From the human T2T-CHM13v2.0 reference genome, Homo sapiens: DNA of 64,000 nucleotides. Of this stretch, positions 12,730 to 26,024 are shown piece by piece. The translations under genes were made by a program, and so were the position numbers. Under the pieces are notes generated by a model, which worked only from the letters and a program-made list of their open reading frames with translations, had not been told where the DNA came from and searched no databases. How positions within the stretch are numbered: the first letter of the stretch is position 1; the number at the start of each line of letters is the position of its first letter. The DNA is taken from the NCBI RefSeq assembly GCF_009914755.1, contig NC_060942.1. One strand, 5' to 3'.

Positions 12730-13172
12730 TTGGCTCACTCATTCTGTTCCAGCCACTTTAGACTCTGCATTTTCCCTAGCATAACAAGCATCCTTCCTCA
12801 GGGCCTTTGCACTTGCTGTTCGCTCTGCTTGGTGCACTTTTTCCCTAAATATCTGCAGGGCTCCTTTTCCTACCTCTGTTGGGCCTTTCTTCTAATGTTA
12901 CCTTCCCAGAGAGGCTTCCCTAGTTACTTTGTTTGATATCACAACTTCCACACTCACCCCCTGTTTGTTTTCTTTTTCTCAATAGCACTTTTCACCATCT
13001 GTAGTACCATATGTTTTACTTATTTGCTTATTTTTTTTTTTAGTCTTCTCTGCCAAAAATATAATCTCCATGAAGGCAGGGTTTTTGTCTGTTTCTTCAC
13101 CTAGTAGCACCTAGACCTGTGCCTAGCCTGTAACAGGCACTGGCCAAATATTTTTGGAATGAGTGAATGAAT
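12730..13172 (+). mobile_element. L2a 3' end
   Basis: ctcagggcctttgcacttgctgttc; ctccatgaaggcagggtttttgtctg; aaatatttttggaatgagtgaatgaat. Confidence 0.88.
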
Positions 13173-14640
13173 AGAACTTGGATCCAGAAAAGTAGATTTT
13201 ATAGGTCTACATGCCAAACCCTGACAAACGTGTTTGTAAAAACCCATCATAAACATGCAGATGAATGCATTTATATAGGTGCAGAGGTCAGGAGGAATAT
13301 CCATTTCCCTGGCCTAATGTTTTCATGCAGAGGGACTTCTGCCAGGGTAACCGACCTTTTCCCTATGCCTTACTCCTGCGGGTTAATTTGGTTTGAGTTT
13401 GGTTGGCATTTCTGAGCATTTTCAGTGCCTTGTTGGACTCCTTTGTCTTTGGAGGATGCCACAGGACATGGAGGCTCTGATCCTTTTGTTCCTGCACTCA
13501 GTTTGGAGTAGACCTTTGCTGTCCAGCTCTGTTGGTGACTTGGTGAGTGTTTCATTGATGAGTGAAGTATTAGGGAGATTTCTGGGCCACTAATCAAAAG
13601 CCACATTCTCTCACCATCTGTCTGACTCCTGGATCTGTTTTTCCATTGATTCCAAATTCAGAAGATGATAAAAAGGGATGTTATATATTAACTACTTAAC
13701 AGCTACAACAGGAAGATATCCATCAAGATGGAAAGATTACACCCAGGGAAGTGGTTCACATGGCAGCCCAAGACATTGCAGAGGGAAGAGTCTGGGAGAG
13801 TACAATTTAACCGCAAAACTTGGCTCTGCCTTTTGTGACATTTGTTTTGCTTTGCAATTTCAACAGCATTTTACATGAGCTGGATTTAATATAATTGATG
13901 AAAATGGAACACTACCTACCATGTACTGAAACGCAGCAATTTTGCCAGTACAGTAGGTACTGATGCCCCTTCTTTTCTTATGGTGAAGAGTTAGACAGTG
14001 GGCCCAAGAAAAGCTTCCAAGATTCATTGACACTTACCAATTTCAAACAGTGTGGCACAACACTAGCTGACTGAGAAATAAGAGCAGAAGAGAGAGCATT
14101 ATGGTGCACAGGAGTTTGGCATGAGGCAAGGCTTTGGGGAGATTGAGATTTTAATCCACAGAGTCAAAAGCTGCGGCTGCTGCTCCAAATCTTGCTTTGG
14201 TAATAGTTGCAAGATAAGCAGCTGATTGGGCCCAGACTACTCTGGGCTGGCTCCATCTTACATGACTGCCACAAACAGCTGCAGGAGTGTGACAGATCAC
14301 AACACTAGCATTGTACCTCAAAATATGCTTGTACCCTAAGGCACAAGAACTGGTTTGACTTACAAAACTGATCTCAGAGTTGGGATCAAAGTTTTTCTAC
14401 CACTCTACTATGAGTTCATGATCGGCTCCTTTTTCTTCCTAATCACCATCTGCTACCCTGCCAAGGCCAATTTTTCTTCAACTATCACCACAAGATTCTA
14501 TCCATGACACCCTACCTAGAGCCTTCCACCCTTTTACAAAACCAAAGCTATATAGCACCATGATTATAACACAAGTTAATGATTTTCCGAAGTTGTCATA
14601 ACAAAAAGCATAACATTGCTTTCCCCAGTAGGATTTAAAT

Positions 14641-15258
<618 letters not shown>

Positions 15259-15657
15259 ACTGAGGTGTTACCTCACATTTCTAGGGGGATTGGGAATTGG
15301 GAATGATGGGCACTCTTGAATTGAGTGAGAGTTGCTTCGGGATATGAGGGGGGAGAGTGAGAAAGCAGGAATGGAAATGCTTGAGGACCAACGTAATGAA
15401 GTGAGGTCTATCTTTTATTTTATTTGCTTTTAAGGAATTCCATATCGTGTTTGTTGCCAAAGCTTATCTGACATTGAGCAAAGTAATATGTTGAGCCTCA
15501 GTTTTATCATAGATTACATGGGAACAATAATAATGTAAAACAATAATATGATAAAAATAATCATGATATGTAGCTCACTGTATTGTTGTAATGAAAAAAA
15601 AACATGGGAAAGTGAAACACTCCACACTATTAATAATTTATTTTGTGACAATTTGGC

Positions 15658-16110
<453 letters not shown>

Positions 16111-16542
16111 TATTTCATATTCTTAAAAAGTAGCTCTGTTGAGGTGTATAAGTGTCAAATATATTTGACATTCAATAAACTGCACATATTTAAGTGTACA
16201 ATTTAATATGCTTTGATATATATATATATGCCCATGAATAAGAAAATGCACATGTCACCCCAAAAGCTTCCTCATGCCCCTATGTTATCCCTCCTTCCCA
16301 ATCCTGCCTTCCACTTTCCTTGCCTCCCATCTCAATCCCCAGGCAACCAATAGTCTGCTTTCTGCCACCATGAATAGTTGGGATTTTTTTTGGAATTTTA
16401 TACATATGGAATCATACAGTGTATATTTTTTGTTTTATTCTTTTGGTCTGGCTTTTTAAACTCAGAATAATTATTTTATGATTCATCCATGTTGTTTCAG
16501 GTGTCCATAGTCCATTCCTTTTTATTGCTGGGTAGTATTTTC

Positions 16543-16899
16543 TGTATTAGTCTGTTCTCACACTGCTATAAAGAGCTAAATGAGACTGGGTAATTTATAA
16601 AGAAAAGAGGTTTAATTGACTCAGTTCCACATGGCTGGGAGGCGTCAAGAAACTTACAGTTATGGCAGAAAGCAAAGGGGAAGCAAGTACCTTCTTCACA
16701 TGGTCAGCAGGAGAGCAAGAGCAAAGGGGGAAGTGTTACACACTTCTGAACAGCTAGATCTCACAAGAACTATCACACGAACAGCAAGGTGAGAAATCTG
16801 CCCCATGATCCAAACGCCTCCCACCAAATCTCTCCTACAACATTGGGAATTAAAATTTGACATGAGATTTGGGTCGGGATACAGCGTCAAACCATAGCA
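16543..16899 (-). mobile_element. MSTA-like MaLR LTR
   Basis: Runs from tgtattagtctgttctcacactgctataaag to catgagatttgggtcgggatacagcgtcaaaccatagca. Confidence 0.9.
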
Positions 16900-16977
16900 T
16901 ATTTCACTGCATGTATGCCACAATTTGTTTATCCATTTACCTGTTAATGGTCATTTGGGTTGTTTCCAGTTTTAGGC

Positions 16978-17240
16978 TATTATTTATTTACTTATTCAGG
17001 CTGTCACTCAGGCTGGACAGCAGTGTCATGATCATAGCTCACTGCGGCCTGGGCTCAAGTAATCCTCTGGTCTTAGCCTCCCAATCACATACCACTGCAT
17101 CCAGCTAATTTTTAATTTTTTTGTAGAGACGAGGGTCTCACTGTATTGCTCAGACTGGTCTTGAACTCCTATTCTCAAGTGAGCCTCCCGCCTTAGCCTT
17201 CCAATGTGCGGGGACTACAAGCATAAGCCACTAGACCCAG
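16978..17240 (-). mobile_element. AluJ (diverged)
   Basis: gatcatagctcactgcggcctgggctcaag; ttgtagagacgagggtctcactgtattg. Confidence 0.9.
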
Positions 17241-19004
17241 TGTGGGACTATTACGAATAAAGCTGCTGTGAACATTTGTACACGAGTCTTTGTATGAACA
17301 TGTGCCTTCTTTTCACTTAGTTACATATCTAGGAGTAGAATGAGTGCTATATATGGTTAGGTGTGTGTCTTAGGAAATTGTCTCACTGTTTTCCAAAGTG
17401 GTTGTACCATTTTAAATTCCCACTGGCAGTATAAGTAGTGTGTAGTGTGTAAGAGTTCTAATTCCTCCACATCCCTGAAGCATAAGATATGGATGATCAT
17501 TTTAATTTTAACAATTGTAATAGGTGTGTAGTAGTGTTTCACTGTGGTTTTAATTTGCATTTCCTCATTGACTAATATTGTTGGATCTTTTCATATGATT
17601 ATTTGGCATCAGTATAAAGGTCTGTTCAAATCATTTTCTCTTTTAAAATTGGGTTCTTAAAATTTTTTTTGAGTTTTAAAAGTACTGTATATATTCTGGA
17701 CACAGTTCTTTTATAATACATATAATCTGGAAGTATTTTCTAGCAGTCTGTGACTTATCTTTTTATTCTCTTAACCATGTTCTTTGAACAGCAGATTTTA
17801 ATTTTGATGAAGTCCATTGTACTAATTTATTCTGTTTTGGATCATGCTTTTGGTATGGTATCCAATAAATCTTTGCCTAATCAAAGGTCACACAGATTTT
17901 CTCCTAGATATTCTGTCAATTTAGCTTTTCCACTTAAGTCTGTGACCCATTCTGAGTTAATTTTTATATATGTTCCAAAGTATGAATCAAAGTTATTATT
18001 TTTATTATTATGATTTTGCTTAAGGATATCCATCATTGGTGGAAAAAAGTGAGTTTTCTTTATGTGTGCATCTATTTTTGGACCCCCAACTCTGTTCTTT
18101 GTCTGCATTGTGGTCAATACCTCAGTGACTTGATAATAAATTAGAAATATTTTGTCAATTTCTACATAGCCTTCTAAGATTTTCATTGGGACCATGTTGA
18201 ATCTATAGATTAATTTGGGGAGAATTGACATGTTAACAGGTCTTTGATGAATGAACAGGCTATATCTCTTCATTTAATTAGATCTCTAATTTTTCTCAGC
18301 AATGATTTCTAGTTTTCAGTGTACAACACTTGCACATTTTTGTTAGATGTATCTATACATGTACACTTTATTAAATTTAAATTTCTAATTGTTCTTAGTA
18401 TATAGAAATGTAACCAATTTTTGCATAAGTTATCTTGTATCCTGAACCTGGCTAAACTCAAACTTGCTTTTTTTTTTAAGATTCCACCAGATTTGCTACA
18501 TAGGTGATCATGTCTTTAGAACAAAACAATTCTACTCCTTCATTTCCAATCTTGATGCCTTTTATTCCTTTCCTTGCCTTATTACATTGGCTATAACCTT
18601 AAATGCAATGTTGAATAAAAATAGCAAGACCATCTTTACCTCCTTCCTGATTTTAGAGGGAAAGCACTCAGTCTTTCACTATTAAGTGTGATGTTAGTTG
18701 TAGACTTCCATCAATAACCTTTATCAGATTGTGGAAGTCTTCTTCTATTTTTAGTTTGCTGGGGAGTTTAGTTAGGAATAGATGTTGGAATTGTCAACAT
18801 CAAATGAATTTTCTTTAAAATTTTGGTTTTAATATGGTGAATTATACTGACTGATTTTCAATTGTTAAAACCAGCCTTGAATTCCTGGAATTAATTCCAC
18901 TGGATCATGATATATTGTCCATTTTATGTAATGTTGAATTTGATATGCTAAAATTTTGTTTAGAACTTTTATATCTGTGTTCATGAAGCATATTGGTCTT
19001 TAGT

Positions 19005-20856
19005 TTTGTTTTTTTATTGTGTTAAGAAAACTTCACATAAAACCTACCCTCTAATTAAAGAAGTTTTTCAGTGCACATAGAGTATTGTGAACTATAAACT
19101 CAATGCTGTACAACAGATCTCTAGAACTTGTTCATCTTGCATAACTGAATCTTTGCACCCATTGAGCATCAGTTCCCCATTACTTTCCTTCCCAGCCGCT
19201 GGCAACCATCATTCTACTCTCTGCTTCTATGAATGTAACCATTTTACATACTTTATATAAGTTGAGTTATGAAGTATTTGTCCTTCTGTGACTGGCTTAT
19301 TTCACTAGCATAATGTCCTCCAGGTTCATCCATGTGGTCACACATGACAGGATTTTTTTAAGGTTGAGTAATATTCCATGGTGTATATGCCACATTCTCT
19401 TTATCTGTTCATCCATTGATAGAGATTAAGATTGTTTGGATGTGTTGGCTATGTGAATAATGCTGCAATAAACAGGAGATTGAATATCAATTTGAGATCC
19501 TGATTTCAGTTCTTTTGGATATATACCAGAAGTGGGATTACTGGATCATATGGTGTTTCTATTTTTAATTCTTTAAGGAGTCTGTATACTGTTTTCCATA
19601 GCAGCTGCACCATTTTACCATCCCACCAACAGTGCACAAGGGTTCCAATTTCTTCACATCCTCACCAACATTTATCTTTTCTTTTTTTAATAATTGCCAT
19701 CCTAACAGGTGTGAGGTGATATCTCATTTGCATTCTCTTGATGACTAGTCATGTTGAGCATCTTTCATATACCTGTTGTCCATTTATATGTCTCTTTTTG
19801 AGAAATGTCCATCCAGTCTTTTGCCCATTAAAAGTACTTTTTCTTGCTATTGTGTTGCAGGAGTTCCCTATATACTTTTTATATTAACCTTCTATCAGAT
19901 ATATGGTTTGCAGACATTTTATACCGTTTGGTAGGTTGCTTTTTCATTTTGTTGTTTTCTTAGCTGTGCAGAAACTTTTTAGTTTTATGTAGTTCTACTT
20001 GTCCATTTTTGCTTTTGCTGCTTGTGTTTTGCTGTCATATCTAATAAATCATTGCCAAGACCAATATTGTGAAGTTTTTCCCCAATGTTTTCTTCTAGGC
20101 ATTTTACAGTTTATGAATTTGTAAAATTTTAGGGGCTGAAAAATTACATTTAAATCTCAAATTTTCCTGTGTAAGGTAATGGTCCAATGTCATTCTTTTG
20201 TGTGGGTATATGCAGTTTTCTCGACATCATTTGTTGAAGAGATTGACCTTTTCCCACTGTGTTTTGTTGGCACCCTTGTTAAAGATCAGTTGACTGTATA
20301 TGCATACCTTCATTTCCAGGTTCTCTGTTCTATTGGTCTATAGATCTTTTTTATACCAGTACCACACTGTTTTAATTACTGTTGCTTTGTAATATATTTT
20401 GAAATCAGAAAGTGTGATGCCTCCAACTTTGTTCTTTCTCAAGATTTCTTTGGCTATTTGAGATCTTTTGTGGTTACATAAGAATTCTAGGATTTTTTTT
20501 TCCATTTCTGTAAAGAAAATGCCATTGGAATTTTTATAGGGGTTCCTTTGAATCTGTAGGTCACTTTGAGTACTATGAACATTTAAGCAATATTGTCTTC
20601 CAATCCATGAATATGGGATAGCTTTTCATTTATTTGTGTCATCTTCAATTTCTCTCATCAACATTGTGTAGTTTTCAGTATACAAGTCTGTCACTTCCTT
20701 GGTTATGTTTATTTCTATTTTATTCTTTTTGATGCTATTATAAATTGGATTGTTTTCTTAGTTTTCTTTTTTTGGTAGTTTGTTACTGTATAGAAACACA
20801 ACCGGCTCTTTAATGCTGCTTTTGTATCCTGAAACTTTAGTGAATTCATTAATTCT

Positions 20857-20900
<44 letters not shown>

Positions 20901-21620
20901 TCTTTAGAGTTTTCTACATGTAAGATCATATCATCTGAAACCAGAAAAAATTTTACTTCTTCCTTTCCAGCTTGGATGCCTTTTATTTCCTGCTCTTGTA
21001 TAATTGCTTTGTCTAGAACTTCCAGTACCGTGTTGAATAGAACTGGTAAGAGTGGGCATCCTTTCTTAGTCCTAATCTTAGAGGAAAAGTTTTCAGTTAT
21101 TCGCCATTGAGTACAATGTTAGCTATGGGCTTGTCATATATGGCCTTTATTATGTTGTGGCAAATTCCTTCTATACTTAGCTTTTTGAGAGTATAATTAT
21201 AGCGTTCATTATATTACAAAAGTTTTGAATTTCATCAAATACTTCTTCTTCATCTATTGAAATGATGATGTGATTTTAAAATTCATCATTCTTAGTGTGA
21301 TCTATCACATTAATTGATTTACATATGTTGAGCCATCCTTGCATCCCAGGGATAAATCTCATTTGGTCTTAGTGTGTGATCTTTACATTTCTAAGAATCT
21401 ATCCATTTCTTAAAGATTATCCAATTTGTTGATATATACTTGTTCATAATTGTCTTTTATGATTTTTCTTATCTCTTTGTATCAGTTGTAATGTTTCCTC
21501 TTTAATTTCTGACTTTATTTGAGTTTTCTCTCTTTTTTGTTAGTCTATCTAAGGGTTTGTCAATTTTATCTTTTTAAAACATCAACTCAATTTCATTGGT
21601 ATTTTTCTACAATTTTTCTT
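19005..21620 (-). mobile_element. L1MA/L1MB-type element nested in the older L1
   Basis: A second L1 3' end (gatctctagaacttgttcatcttgcataactga; ggcaaccatcattctactctctgcttctatga) followed by antisense ORF2. Confidence 0.82.
20860..20898. repeat. (TG)n microsatellite
   Basis: About 19 perfect TG units. Confidence 0.98.
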
Positions 21621-21625
21621 TTCTC

Positions 21626-21934
21626 TTTTTTTTTTGTTTGTTTTTTTGAGACAGGGTCTCCCTCTATGACCCAGGATAAAGTGCAGTGGCATGAGCACAG
21701 CTCATTGCAGCCTTGACCTCCTAGGCTGAAGTGATCTTCCCACCTCAGCGTCATAACTAACTGGGACCACAGGCACATGACACCATGGCTGGCTAATTAA
21801 TTTTTTTTTTTTTTTTGTAGAGACAGAGTCTTGCCATGTTGCCCAAGCTGGTCTCAGACTCCTGGGCTCAGGCTATCCTCCTGCCTCAACTTCCTAAAGT
21901 GCTGGGTTTACAGGTGTGAGTTGCCTTGCCTGAC
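21626..21934 (-). mobile_element. AluJ
   Basis: gcacagctcattgcagccttgacctcctaggctgaagtgatc; AluJ-type diagnostic positions. Confidence 0.92.
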
Positions 21935-22944
21935 CTCTATTCTTTATTGTGTTTATTTCTGGTCTAATCTTTAAGGTTTTCTTCCTTCTGCTAATTTTGG
22001 GCTTAGTTTGTTCTTTTTTTTTCTTGTAATGTCTTTGTCTGGTTTTGGTATCAGAGCAGTGCTGGATTCATAGAATGAGATTAAGGTTATTCCTTCCTAT
22101 ATCATTTAAATGTTTAGTAGAATTCACTAGCAAAGCTATCTGGATTTGTGGTCCTGTGGTTTTGGGTTTTGTTTTGGGTTGTTTTATGTTTGTTTGTTTG
22201 TTTGTTTGTTTTGGTGGTGAGATTAAGGAGGTTTTAAAGTACAAATGCTCTTTCTTTAATATATACAGGGGTGTTCAGATCATCTTATCTATTTCTTCTT
22301 AGGAAGCATTGGTCATTTGTAACTTTTGAGAAATCCTAACCCATTTCCTCTAACTTGCCAAAATTATTGGCACAAAATTGCTAATCATATTAGCTTATTT
22401 TCCTTTTAATATTTATGGAATACGTAGTGCTGTCATTCTCTTATTCCTGATACTGGTAATTTGTGGCTTTTATTCTGTCTTTGTATGCTCTATTTTGGAT
22501 AGTTTCTATTTCAGTATATTCAAGTTCATAAATCTTTTCTTTTACAATGTCTAATCTACCATTAATTTCAGACATTGTTGTTTTCAGCTCTAAAAGTTTG
22601 ATTTGGTTCTTTGAAAATATATACATATCCCTTCTATGTCTTTGCCTAACTTTTAGAAGAAATGGGATATAGTTTTAAAAAGTGCCTTAATGTCCTTGTA
22701 TTATAATTCTATCATCTATGTCACTTCTGAATCAGTTTCAATTACTTAATTTTTTTCATTCCTAATTACTTGTTATATTTTCTTCCTTTTTGACATACCC
22801 AGTCATGTTTGTTTCCATTTCAGGCATCTTGAATTTTACTTAGCTGGGTGCTGGATGTTTTTGTATACCTATAGACCTTCTTAAGCTTTTTTCCTTCCCT
22901 GGAGTGTGGTTACATCATTTGGAAACTGTTTGATCCTGGAGGAT

Positions 22945-23322
22945 TCATATGGTTAGGCTTTGTGTCCCCACCCAAATCTCACCTTGAATTGTAATCCCCA
23001 TAATCCCCACGTGCCAAGGGAGAGACCAGGTGAAAGCAATTGAACTGTGGGGGTGGTTTCCTCCATGCTGTTCTCGTGACAGTGAGTGAGTTCTCATGAG
23101 ATCTAATCATTTTATAAATGTTTGGTAGTTCTTCCTGCATTCATTCTTCTTCCTGCCACCTTGTGAAGAAGGTGCTTTGCTTCCCCTTCACCTTCCACCA
23201 TGATTGTAGGGTTCCTGAGGCCTCCCCAGCCATGCTGAACTATGAGTCAATTAAACTTCTTTCCTTTATAAGTCACCCAGTCTTGGGCAGTTCTTTATAG
23301 CAGTGTGAAATGCTCTAATACA
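22945..23322 (+). mobile_element. THE1D-like solo LTR
   Basis: Runs from atatggttaggctttgtgtccccacccaaatctc to gcagtgtgaaatgctctaataca; 5-bp TSD aggat/aggac. Confidence 0.92.
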
Positions 23323-24194
23323 AGGACCTAACTTTTAAAATTTGTTAAGTGGGACCAAATCTGTGCTTAATTGAGAGCTAATATTTCTGACTAACAATGC
23401 AAGACCCTTATGAATACTCTGCCCATCGTCCTCTAAATTATGAGGTTTCTTTAGACTGGCTGGTGGTTATAGACACTATTCCTGGTCTTGTGAGAGTACT
23501 GAGTAATGTTCCTTCTAATCCTTTCAAATGGTTCATTCCTGGACCATAGGTTGTTTCATTACATGTGTTCCTCAGTACTTTGCTAAATACCTTTTGGTCT
23601 GATTCTCTGTTCTACGAACTCAGGTGGCTTTGGTCTTCCCCACTTTCAACTCTGTCTCAACTCAGAGAGCCTACTGAGTTCTGCTTAGGTTTTATCTTCC
23701 TGCACTGCAGATCTGAAACTGCCTTAAGCTATTAGGCTGGGCAATCATAGGACTCCCCTTGCTTGTTTCTTATCTTTTAATGATCAGTATTCTTTGTCGT
23801 CCATTGCCCAGCAAAGTGAAATTATTATCTCATATATTTTGTCCAGTTCTTTTTTTTTTTTTTTGGTTCTTGCAGGTGGCTGGATAAATCCAGTCCATAC
23901 TCTTCATCTTGGTTGGGAACAGGGTTTCTTTCCTTCTTGCAACAAACATTTATGTACCAGACAATGTGATTTTCCTTAGAAAATTATAATACCACTTTTG
24001 TAGTGGCTGAAAGAAAAATATTATTGTTGATAGAGTGGGCCAATAGTATGCACAATCAGCTATTGTGATCTGGTAGTAATACCAGAAATCCTTATAAAAA
24101 TAAAGAAATCAGAGCTTAGTTATCTATAATGTTGATTCTAAAAGGTTACGACTCTTTATGGAACATAACCCAGACTCTATCTTACATTTCTTCA

Positions 24195-24365
24195 TATAGT
24201 TACACTAGCTGTGGGACACAGGTCTCTAGGCCTTCATTTTTTCATCTAGAAAATGGGGATAATTATAGCAACTCCTCATAGGGTTCATAGTGAGGAATAA
24301 ATGAAATAGTATCTGCAGTGCTATTAGATTCAGGCCTAATGCACAGTAAATGCTCAAAAAGATTA
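24195..24365 (+). mobile_element. MIR
   Basis: ttcatctagaaaatggggataattatagcaactcctcatagggtt; cacagtaaatgctcaaaaa. Confidence 0.82.
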
Positions 24366-24459
24366 GAAAATATTTAACATATCTTTTTCTTTTTAAGTAA
24401 TAAAAAAGATACCTTCTTTAAACTTATGGGGTACTGCCTGGTATATGGGGTACTGCCTG

Positions 24460-25200
24460 ATATATATATATTATATATAATATATAAAAATATATATATA
24501 ATATATATAATATATAATATATATAAAAATATAATATATATTATATAATGTACATTATATATATTATATAATATATATTATATATAATGTACATTATATA
24601 TAATATTATATAATATATAATATATATATAATGTACATTATATATAATATTATATAATATATATATTATATTATATATTATGTACATTATATAATATTAT
24701 ATAATATATATATTATATTATATATTATGTACATTATATAATATTATATATAATATATATATTATATAATATACATTATATAATATACATTATATATAAT
24801 ATTATATAATATATATTATATAATATATAATTATATTTATAATTATACAATTGTATTTATAATTATAATTATAACATATAATATATAATATAATATATAT
24901 TATATATTATATGTTATATTATATATTATATTATATAATATATATACACTATATACAATGTATGTATTATATTATATATACACTATATATAATATATACA
25001 TTATATATTATATATACACTATATATTATATATACACTATATACTATATATACACTATATATTATATATACACTATATATTATATATTATATATACACTA
25101 TATATTATATATACACTATATATATTATATACACTATATATTATATATACACTATATATAATATATATACACTGTATATATAATATATATATACACACTA
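24460..25200. repeat. Complex AT-rich tandem repeat / minisatellite
   Basis: TA-rich; left part built on tatataatgtacattatata, right part on a 16-18-bp tatatacactatatat(ta) unit. Confidence 0.97.
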
Positions 25201-25260
25201 TTATTTAATGTCCAAAATGGTCTACATTCACTTTATCCTTAGCCCTCATCCTTCAAGATT

Positions 25261-25300
25261 ACACACACACACACACACACACACGCACTCACACACACAC
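25261..25300. repeat. (CA)n microsatellite, interrupted
   Basis: acacac...gcactcacacac. Confidence 0.95.
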
Positions 25301-25335
25301 CCTCTTTTCTTTTATGTAGACTTAAGAGTAACTGT

Positions 25336-25634
25336 GGCCGGGAGTGGTGGACCATGCCTGTAATCCCAGCACTTTGGGAGGCCAAGGTGGGCAGATCACG
25401 AGGTCAGGAGATCGAGACCATCCTGCCCAACAGGGTGAAACCCCGTCTCTACTAAAATACAAAAAATTAGCTGGGCGTGGTGGTGTATGCCCGTGGTCCC
25501 AGCTACTCGGGAGGCTGACGCAGGAGAGTCGCTTGAACCCGAGGCAGAGGTTGCAGTGAGCCGAGATCACATCACTGCACTTCAGCCTGGCAACAGAGCG
25601 AGACTCAATCTTAAAAAAAAAAAAAAAAAAAAAA
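25336..25634 (+). mobile_element. AluSc-like
   Basis: gatcacgaggtcaggagatcgagaccatcctg; TSD aagagtaactg / aaaagtaactg. Confidence 0.96.
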
Positions 25635-25744
25635 GTAACTGCTTTGTTTAGTTTATCATAATAGTGATATTCTAATTGTAGGCATCCATTTTCAGAGTTG
25701 GACATGCACTTAGTGACTATCTTATCTAATTCCTGCTTTGAATG

Positions 25745-25850
25745 AAATTGCAATTTAGAGAAAGCAAGTGATCCGCCCAAAGTCATAAAGTTGGTTGCTG
25801 ATGAAACTGGGTCTCCAGATTTTCCATCCAGATGCTCTTTCCACACAACA
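25745..25850 (-). mobile_element. MIR fragment
   Basis: agagaaagcaagtgatccgcccaaagtcata...ccagatgctctttccac. Confidence 0.6.
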
Positions 25851-25986
25851 ATGTTACCTCTCTTTCTCATTCTCTAGGCCTCTTTCAGTTCCGGCAAATA
25901 CTTTGATTGACAAATAGGAATTTCACAGAATATTATACATGCATTTGCACGAGAGTTCTCTATCAGATTTAAAAACTTCTTTCTCC

Positions 25987-25990
<4 letters not shown>

Positions 25991-26022
<32 letters not shown>
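25991..26022. repeat. (TG)n microsatellite
   Basis: About 16 TG units. Confidence 0.98.

Positions 26023-26024
<2 letters not shown>

Larger units (their letters stand above)
16130..23920 (-). mobile_element. Composite old L1 block (L1MC/L1ME-like host with nested elements)
   Basis: L1 3'UTR at 16130-16540; antisense ORF2 motifs (ttttccaaagtggttgtaccatttt, gttttaatttgcatttcc; the minus ORF 17881-18273 reads ILPKLIYRFN); 5'-type sequence to ~23920. Confidence 0.85.

Noticed and set aside
17881-18273. 130-aa ORF with L1 ORF2-like residues
   Set aside because: It is a decayed L1 ORF2 fragment surrounded by stops and deletions.
24911-25183. Tyr/Ile-repeat ORFs
   Set aside because: They are translations of the AT minisatellite.
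25322-25870. Alu-derived ORFs (also 2438-2794, 4500-4790, 14868-15176, 34221-34547, 38250-38687, 55202-55738 and others)
   Set aside because: These are standard Alu translation artefacts (e.g. [22 protein letters not shown]).
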